Of a DNA stretch of 20,000 nucleotides, positions 8,916-14,418 are shown one piece after another. The notes beneath the pieces were generated by a model. It was not told the origin of the DNA and ran no database searches. It saw nothing but the letters and a program-made list of their open reading frames with translations. The translations under genes were made by a program, and so were the position numbers. Where the stretch lies: the IMG/VR virus record IMGVR_UViG_3300003629_000002; one strand, written 5' to 3'. Position 1 is the stretch's first letter. Each line of letters opens with the position of its first letter. This DNA is from an uncultured virus (IMG/VR IMGVR_UViG_3300003629_000002) (Duplodnaviria > Heunggongvirae > Uroviricota > Caudoviricetes).

Positions 8916-9068
8916 AACGGTGTCTTATTCAAGCGGGATAGTTGCCTCATTGCACTATATCTAAGAGGAATAGTGCGAGAGACTTCTGTCACGCTTGAAC
9001 AAGACAGAATAGAACTGGAAACCGTTCGTTCTCGTCGTTACACGAATGACAGGTCAACGTCATCCGTT
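8916..9068 (-). ncRNA. Putative structured RNA / cis-regulatory element (multi-helix junction)
   Basis: Within a 222-bp intergenic gap: a 15-bp stem (8921-8935 with 8992-9006), three short adjacent hairpins and a closing helix (8916-8920 with 9064-9068). No known family recognised. Confidence 0.5.
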
Positions 9069-9083
9069 AATTTAGCCGGGGTC

Positions 9084-9485
9084 TTACGCTACTACGAGTT
9101 CTTCTGCCGTGAAGTCGTAGGTAACGGAAGTCCGGTCGTCAGCGGGGAAGTCCTTCGACCGAGAACCGACAACCACACCCTTAAAGGTGTAGGTCGTTTC
9201 TGAGTCGATAATTACGAGTTGGTCAATCTTTCGAACGACTGACGACTTCGGCGCTGTCTGCTCACCGAAAATCGCATCACGAAGTTCCTTATTAGAACCC
9301 GTGTGTTCGAATGAACCTGAATACTCGATGCCAGTCTGGACAATGCTCTGCGTTAGAGACGTGTTAAACTGGACGTTTGATGTATTCGGTTCCTCTGAAT
9401 AGGACGCACTCGTCAGCGGAATCGGTTCAGGATTCCCACCAACAAACATCTCTACGTCATTGCCGATTTCTTCTCTGTTAGCCAT
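9084..9485 (-). CDS. Tail tube protein
   Basis: 133-aa beta-rich protein immediately after the sheath, ending 'YTFKGVVVGSRSKDFPADDRTSVTYDFTAEE'. AGGTGA SD at 9492-9497. Confidence 0.85.
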   Translation of the reverse strand: MANREEIGNDVEMFVGGNPEPIPLTSASYSEEPNTSNVQFNTSLTQSIVQTGIEYSGSFEHTGSNKELRDAIFGEQTAPKSSVVRKIDQLVIIDSETTYTFKGVVVGSRSKDFPADDRTSVTYDFTAEELVVA

Positions 9486-9496
9486 TTTATATCACC

Positions 9497-10882
9497 TTAG
9501 TTTGTGCTGATAGTAACTGTGGTGTCAATCCGCTTAACGATACCCTGCGGCGTGACACCAACGTCGATGTTAACTTGGTCAGCATTTGTCGTGTCTTCGT
9601 ACACATCGACGAAGTAATTCTGGTCATCAGTTTCATTCGGCTTAATGAGACGGTCGTTGGCAAGCGATTCGAGTTCCGTGTTGATTGTACGCTCCGCCGC
9701 ATTCCGAGTACGCTCGTCGTTGATTCGCCCAATCGTGTCTTCGCCAACCTGCTTGGCTACAAGAATTACGCGGTCAACGATACGCCGACGCCAGTAGTCG
9801 CGCTCCCAATCAGTCTCTTGCGAGGTTGAAAGATTACGTTTTGCACGAATAGAAGCACCCTGCCGAAGCGGGATGACTTCTTCTCCTGCCATTTCGTCTT
9901 CCTCTGTCTTCGTGAACTTCTGTTCGAGGTCACGATTACTGTCGTCAGGAAGAACGTTTACAACGTCATTGTAAACCGGCTCATTGATAGAGGAGCCTGC
10001 GAACAGGCCACTAATTCCACCAAGGACTGTCCTCGTATATGGACGAGTTTCGCCATCTGCCGTAATCGGCGCGAACCGAACAGGAGCAAACGCGAACAGG
10101 TCGTCCGAATCGAGACTATCGCTGTAATTTGCCGTATCGAAGTTCGGAGCCTGAATCCGAGTACCAGATTCGTCGGTTTCGGTATCGTTAGGCTGTGCGC
10201 CTGCGAATCCGACAACCATCTGATAATTTGGACGAAGGTCCTGAACTTTTGTATCGAGAGTCGATGCAACCGATTCTGCCTCTGAAAGAGTCACGTAAAC
10301 GCCAGTATCGTCTTCACCGACAACGTTATCAGCCGAGTCGAGTGCCGTACTCCACTCCTGATACTCGTAGTCGATGTCGTAATCGTCGGACCCGCTGGAG
10401 TCTACAACAAACTCGCCCGTGTATGGGTTTACGTATGCTGTGTCGTCCGTGTTTGCAGGGTCAACTGGTGGACTTTCATAGACGAACTGCACATCCATAT
10501 CGGTAGGTCCTGCCGTTTGCTCGATTGTAAGCGTGGAAGCGTCTTCCACAATCGGCGCATTGGCGAGGGTTCCCGAAGCGGAGGTAAAGTTCTCGTCTGT
10601 TACTGCCGTCGTGTCTACTGCGACTCCGTAGAGGTATTCGAGATTCGCACCATTGGCGAGAGCCTCTCGCATCGCTTGAGCAAGTTCGGAACCGCTTCCG
10701 AAAATGCTGTCAGCCTCCGAGCGTGCCCCAATCTGAGTTGGGTTATTTACGCTACCGGAACCGCTTGCGAGGTCGGCTTCGCCAAAGATGACAAGAATCT
10801 CCTCAGCACCGAGTGCGATGCCAGAGATTGCACCACCCTGAGTCGTTACTTGAATACCGGGGAAGTCTCCGTAAGTTGCCAT
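9497..10882 (-). CDS. Contractile tail sheath protein
   Basis: 461 aa. N-terminal 'FPGIQV', 'EADSIFGSGSELAQA..EALANGA', and the sheath C-terminal domain 'RRRIVDRV...IGRINDERTR...VNIDVGVTPQGIVKRIDTTVTI'. AGGTGA SD at 10891-10896. Confidence 0.93.
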   Translation of the reverse strand: MATYGDFPGIQVTTQGGAISGIALGAEEILVIFGEADLASGSGSVNNPTQIGARSEADSIFGSGSELAQAMREALANGANLEYLYGVAVDTTAVTDENFTSASGTLANAPIVEDASTLTIEQTAGPTDMDVQFVYESPPVDPANTDDTAYVNPYTGEFVVDSSGSDDYDIDYEYQEWSTALDSADNVVGEDDTGVYVTLSEAESVASTLDTKVQDLRPNYQMVVGFAGAQPNDTETDESGTRIQAPNFDTANYSDSLDSDDLFAFAPVRFAPITADGETRPYTRTVLGGISGLFAGSSINEPVYNDVVNVLPDDSNRDLEQKFTKTEEDEMAGEEVIPLRQGASIRAKRNLSTSQETDWERDYWRRRIVDRVILVAKQVGEDTIGRINDERTRNAAERTINTELESLANDRLIKPNETDDQNYFVDVYEDTTNADQVNIDVGVTPQGIVKRIDTTVTISTN

Positions 10883-10946
10883 ATGTTAAATCACCTTTGG
10901 TTTGTCATTGCTTAAATTGCTACCCGACATAACCCCATACATTGCA

Positions 10947-11534
10947 TTACACATTTTCAATGACACCATCGTCGTCAGAGTCATTGAAGTCGTCGTCTGT
11001 GGGATAATCGACGCTGACGATGTAATCTTCTGTCGTCTCGAACTCCTCGTATGCCCACAGCGTTACATCCTGACGCCATCGGCGGAGTGTTGGATTCATC
11101 GTCAAATCATCTATGCGCTCGCCTTCATCAACCGTGAAGCGCCAAACTGATTCTGCCAACTGTCGGGAGGGACCGGCAGAGTCGTATTGGTAGAGCGCAT
11201 TTCTTAATGCATCGGACATTGGCCCAATCCACTCATCATCCTGTGACCTATTGTCTACTGTTAATATGTCAATCTGGATGGTCATCGTGTATTCGGCGTG
11301 GTAGACTCGACCAATCTGGTTCCCGTTGTCATCGGTGACATATCCAGAAAGGTCGGTGTTGAAGTCTGTAATTCTTGCACTCGACACAGGCGTAATCTGA
11401 ATCACAGGAATCTTTGCTCCTGCTTCAAGACCATCGTGGTCAACTTCTTGTACGATGTACGTGGTTCTTGCAGGAAGTTCCGATGAATCCTGCAACGCAT
11501 CTTCAATTTCGTACAAAACCTGTGTCGGTGTCAT
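10947..11534 (-). CDS. Tail completion / terminator protein
   Basis: 195 aa directly upstream of the sheath. The 'KIPVIQI...YTMTIQIDILT...DALRNALY' alpha/beta pattern fits tail terminators. The call rests mainly on gene order. Confidence 0.65.
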   Translation of the reverse strand: MTPTQVLYEIEDALQDSSELPARTTYIVQEVDHDGLEAGAKIPVIQITPVSSARITDFNTDLSGYVTDDNGNQIGRVYHAEYTMTIQIDILTVDNRSQDDEWIGPMSDALRNALYQYDSAGPSRQLAESVWRFTVDEGERIDDLTMNPTLRRWRQDVTLWAYEEFETTEDYIVSVDYPTDDDFNDSDDDGVIENV

Positions 11535-12061
11535 TAGAAGTGTAGATTGTTTTGGATGTGGTCAACAAGTTCGTCGGCCACTTGGTCAAGTAGTCTGTCC
11601 TTTGCTTGAAACTCTTGGACTGCCTCTCGGAAGAAGGAATATTCGTCAACACCTTGAATAACCTGCGGATAGATTATTTCTCCAGATGTCGGTCCTTCTG
11701 TGCTTTCGAAGCGGAATACACCGCTTTCTGTTACATCCTCCGCGTAGATGAGATTTGCAGTCCCAAATTCGAGATAGAACGCTCGTTCGGAGACGACAGG
11801 AATTGTCTTAACCGTATAATCCATATTGCCGTTACGTTCTACAACCCACGCTTCTTCGCTTGCAAGCGGTGGGCCGGGACCTTTATCCGGTCCTTCTCCA
11901 ATGAGTCCTTTTGCCTTAATCTTATCTACAAGAAAGGGAACGAACTCATCTTCGAGAACGTTTTGCATTGCGTCGTCAGCCGTGTCTCGAATATTTATTG
12001 TTGATAAATCAGCCTGTAATTGCTCAATGTCTGATGCATCAATATTAACGTCAAACGTCAT
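11534..12061 (-). CDS. Neck protein, HK97 gp10 / Mu gpG-like
   Basis: 175 aa carrying the 'AFYLEFGT' and 'GVDEYSFFREA' motifs characteristic of HK97 gp10-like proteins. Confidence 0.75.
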   Translation of the reverse strand: MTFDVNIDASDIEQLQADLSTINIRDTADDAMQNVLEDEFVPFLVDKIKAKGLIGEGPDKGPGPPLASEEAWVVERNGNMDYTVKTIPVVSERAFYLEFGTANLIYAEDVTESGVFRFESTEGPTSGEIIYPQVIQGVDEYSFFREAVQEFQAKDRLLDQVADELVDHIQNNLHF

Positions 12062-12481
12062 TCAGGACCACCGATTGCCCGGAGTAGGGTCTGACGTTGA
12101 GTATGTATATGGTTGCGTCGAATCAGCGTCTTCAGTTTTCAGCACACCTTGCTGAAGCAACTTACCGACGATTTTTTCATACTCATCACAGAACGACTCG
12201 GCGTAGGAAACCTTCGTGTCTCCCGTGTCCGATAAGTCTCCGAGTGAAATATCGTCAGGATGCTCCGCACCTTTTGCAAGTTGACAGGTCGCCAACTGCT
12301 TGATTGCGGCTCGCATCATCGTCGTGATATTCGACGGATTAATGGCCTCACCATTATTTAAGTCTAATTCGAGTGACGCTTCTGCGTGTTCCAGCGCATC
12401 CTCCTTCTCCTCGTTAGAGTAATCATCAGGAATTTGCACAGGAACGTCAGAAACAGTCACGTATTTAGGGTCGTATGCCAT
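12062..12481 (-). CDS. Head-tail adaptor protein
   Basis: 139-aa helical protein right after the MCP: 'YVTVSDV...ALEHAEASLE...MRAAIKQLATCQL...ISLGDLS..VSY'. Confidence 0.7.
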   Translation of the reverse strand: MAYDPKYVTVSDVPVQIPDDYSNEEKEDALEHAEASLELDLNNGEAINPSNITTMMRAAIKQLATCQLAKGAEHPDDISLGDLSDTGDTKVSYAESFCDEYEKIVGKLLQQGVLKTEDADSTQPYTYSTSDPTPGNRWS

Positions 12482-12506
12482 AATCCAATATATTTTAGGG
12501 TGTCGA

Positions 12507-12547
12507 GTAGCAATAAAGCGATACTACAACAGAGAGCGTTCCCTGTT
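12507..12547 (-). terminator. Two adjacent hairpins after the MCP stop (possible 3' stabiliser or attenuator)
   Basis: Minus strand reads AACAGGGA-ACGC-UCUCUGUU (12528-12547), directly followed by GUAGUA-N9-UGCUAC (12507-12527). Each stem contains one G-U pair that forms only in the mRNA sense. Confidence 0.4.
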
Positions 12548-13383
12548 TATGCGTCAACCTTCACAGCCGCCTCGGGGAAGATAGCCTTCCACGCCTTGCG
12601 GGTGAAGATTTGCATAATGTCTGCCTGACGCTCGGGGTCCTCGTACTCGTTCGTAGAGACGGGGGTCCGCGTCAGTTCGTAGCCGTAGTGACTCGTGTCA
12701 ATGACGAACGCGCCAGCCTTCGGGTCAGAGTCGGAACCGCCCTCGTCTGTACCGATGCTTCGCGTGTTGTCAACAACAACTCGCATCCCGGCAATCTGTC
12801 CAACCTCACCAGTCGCAACAACCTCGTCACCAGACTCAGTAGCCCGGTTGAAGTTGCTGTCCGTTAGGAGGTCCCCGTATCCGTCGAGGTCCACGATAAG
12901 GAGGTCAGGATTGTAATTGTTCTGCCGAACGGCAACCATACCGTCACGGATGTCGCTGAAGGTAAGAACGTCGTCACCGTCACCAACCGTCGAGTCAACG
13001 TTGCCGTCCAACTCGGTGAAGGCTTCGTCGTTCAGTTTCTCAGCCATTGCACGAGCAAGGTCCTCGACCTCGCGTGCCTTGAAGTCAATCATACCGTCTT
13101 CCATCGCCTCCATAGTGATGGCAACCTCGCCACCGTACTTCTTGAAGGTAACAGTTACCTGATTGACCGAACTCTGGTCACGCTCGAACTCCTCACCTTC
13201 GGCAATGATGTTGGGCGAACCCATATCGTCATTGTCGATGTTGAACGTGTAAGAGTTGGACTGAATGCCCGTTGCGCTAATCTCTCGGAAAGCCTGTCGG
13301 TAGACAAGGTTCTCCTGAAGAACTTCCTCAACCGTTTCACGGACAAAGTCCTCCGTGATTACGTCATTAGTAGTTAGTGTCAT
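12547..13383 (-). CDS. Major capsid protein (HK97 fold)
   Basis: 278 aa with HK97-fold motifs: 'IAEGEEF', 'VTFKKYGGEVAITMEAMED', 'LARAMAEKLNDEAF', 'GEVGQIAGMRVVVDN' and a terminal 'PEAAVKV'. AGGTGA SD at 13391-13396. Confidence 0.93.
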   Translation of the reverse strand: MTLTTNDVITEDFVRETVEEVLQENLVYRQAFREISATGIQSNSYTFNIDNDDMGSPNIIAEGEEFERDQSSVNQVTVTFKKYGGEVAITMEAMEDGMIDFKAREVEDLARAMAEKLNDEAFTELDGNVDSTVGDGDDVLTFSDIRDGMVAVRQNNYNPDLLIVDLDGYGDLLTDSNFNRATESGDEVVATGEVGQIAGMRVVVDNTRSIGTDEGGSDSDPKAGAFVIDTSHYGYELTRTPVSTNEYEDPERQADIMQIFTRKAWKAIFPEAAVKVDA

Positions 13384-13402
13384 ATATTATTCACCTCTAA
13401 GT

Positions 13403-13873
13403 TTAGAGGGCCACCTCAGCCCAATGCTGACCCGAACCATCCGTGTATACCTCTACAGCACGGGCGGATAGGCCAAGCGAGTTGGAGTTTGCAAGAGACG
13501 CAGACCCAAACTCACCAGCATCGGTGTCGGTCCCGTTAGTGTTGTCAATGCTACCGAGAGCATCGCCAGCAGAAACGTCACCGCTCACGCGAGCCTTGTA
13601 ATTTCCACGAACAGCAACGTTTGCGTCAACGTCGCTGTCAATCTTCTCACCTTGATGGGATGCGCCGTATACCTCGTAACTCACGAGAACGCCAACAATC
13701 TCGTCACCTTCTCCGGCCTGCGAGATAGTTGTTCCATCATACGCTACAACATCGCCGGGCTGAACTGTCGCATTCTCAAGGAGAGTACCGTCACTCTCGG
13801 AATGAGGCAGTCCAACCGTGTCACCGTTACGGCGAACTTCCATACCGCCGCTTACGTCTTGAACACCTGACAT
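13403..13873 (-). CDS. Capsid decoration / cement protein
   Basis: 156 aa between the scaffold and MCP genes. 'VQPGDVVAYDG..IVGVL...ANVAVRG..ARVSGDVSAGDAL' resembles beta-tulip (DUF2190-like) decoration proteins. AGGTGA SD at 13880-13885. Confidence 0.65.
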   Translation of the reverse strand: MSGVQDVSGGMEVRRNGDTVGLPHSESDGTLLENATVQPGDVVAYDGTTISQAGEGDEIVGVLVSYEVYGASHQGEKIDSDVDANVAVRGNYKARVSGDVSAGDALGSIDNTNGTDTDAGEFGSASLANSNSLGLSARAVEVYTDGSGQHWAEVAL

Positions 13874-13890
13874 ATTAAATCACCTAAATT

Positions 13891-14418
13891 TTACCCGAGA
13901 ATCTTCTGACGAAGTTCTTCCTGCTTCTGCGAGACTTCTTCGTCTCGCTCAAGTTCTTCCTCAGTCTTGTAGTCACCGGAAAGTTCCTCCTCACTTGGGT
14001 CACTACCCTTCGGGTCAGGGGATAGTTCTTCCTCAAGGTCGCCAACGTGTTCTGCGTGCTTGGAACGGAGTTCCTCGATGGAGAACTTCTCCATCAGTTC
14101 CTCAGCGTCAAATGCGCCAAGTTCCTCAGCGAGATTGCTGGCATATACTTTCTTCACCTGTTCTGCCTCGTCCGAGAGAGACTCATAGCGAGAGGACTCG
14201 ATGACCATCGGCTCGTCGGAGTCAGCAAGTTCGTCCACGAGTTCACGGTCTACTTCATCGAGAACCTCGGTACGCTCTCGTAGTTCGGAAATATCTTCCG
14301 AAATATCTTCGTACTTGTTGGCCTTTTCTTGGAGTTCGTCGAGGTCCGTCTCCTCTACGGCGACGGGTTCCTCAAGTTCTTCAAGCCGGGCCTGAAGTTC
14401 TTCACTTAGTTCTGTCAT
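13891..14418 (-). CDS. Putative nested in-frame scaffolding protein (175 aa, MTELSEELQARL...)
   Basis: The in-frame ATG at 14416-14418 is preceded by AAAAGTGATTAAT, close to the AGGTGATTTAAT-ATG context of the decoration gene, and sits where the coiled-coil region begins. Confidence 0.6.
   Translation of the reverse strand: MTELSEELQARLEELEEPVAVEETDLDELQEKANKYEDISEDISELRERTEVLDEVDRELVDELADSDEPMVIESSRYESLSDEAEQVKKVYASNLAEELGAFDAEELMEKFSIEELRSKHAEHVGDLEEELSPDPKGSDPSEEELSGDYKTEEELERDEEVSQKQEELRQKILG

Noticed and set aside
8913..9203. 96-aa plus-strand ORF over the structured gap
   Set aside because: TTG start, overlaps the tube gene antisense, and is basic unlike the acidic proteome. Base-pairing explains the region better.
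1..10882. Extracellular contractile injection system or tailocin
   Set aside because: Capsid, protease, decoration and neck genes are contiguous with the tail genes, which indicates a complete virus.
10911..10916. TTTAAG TATA-like box upstream of the sheath gene
   Set aside because: The spacing is plausible, but there is no BRE and the gene has an SD that implies a leader. Too weak to call.
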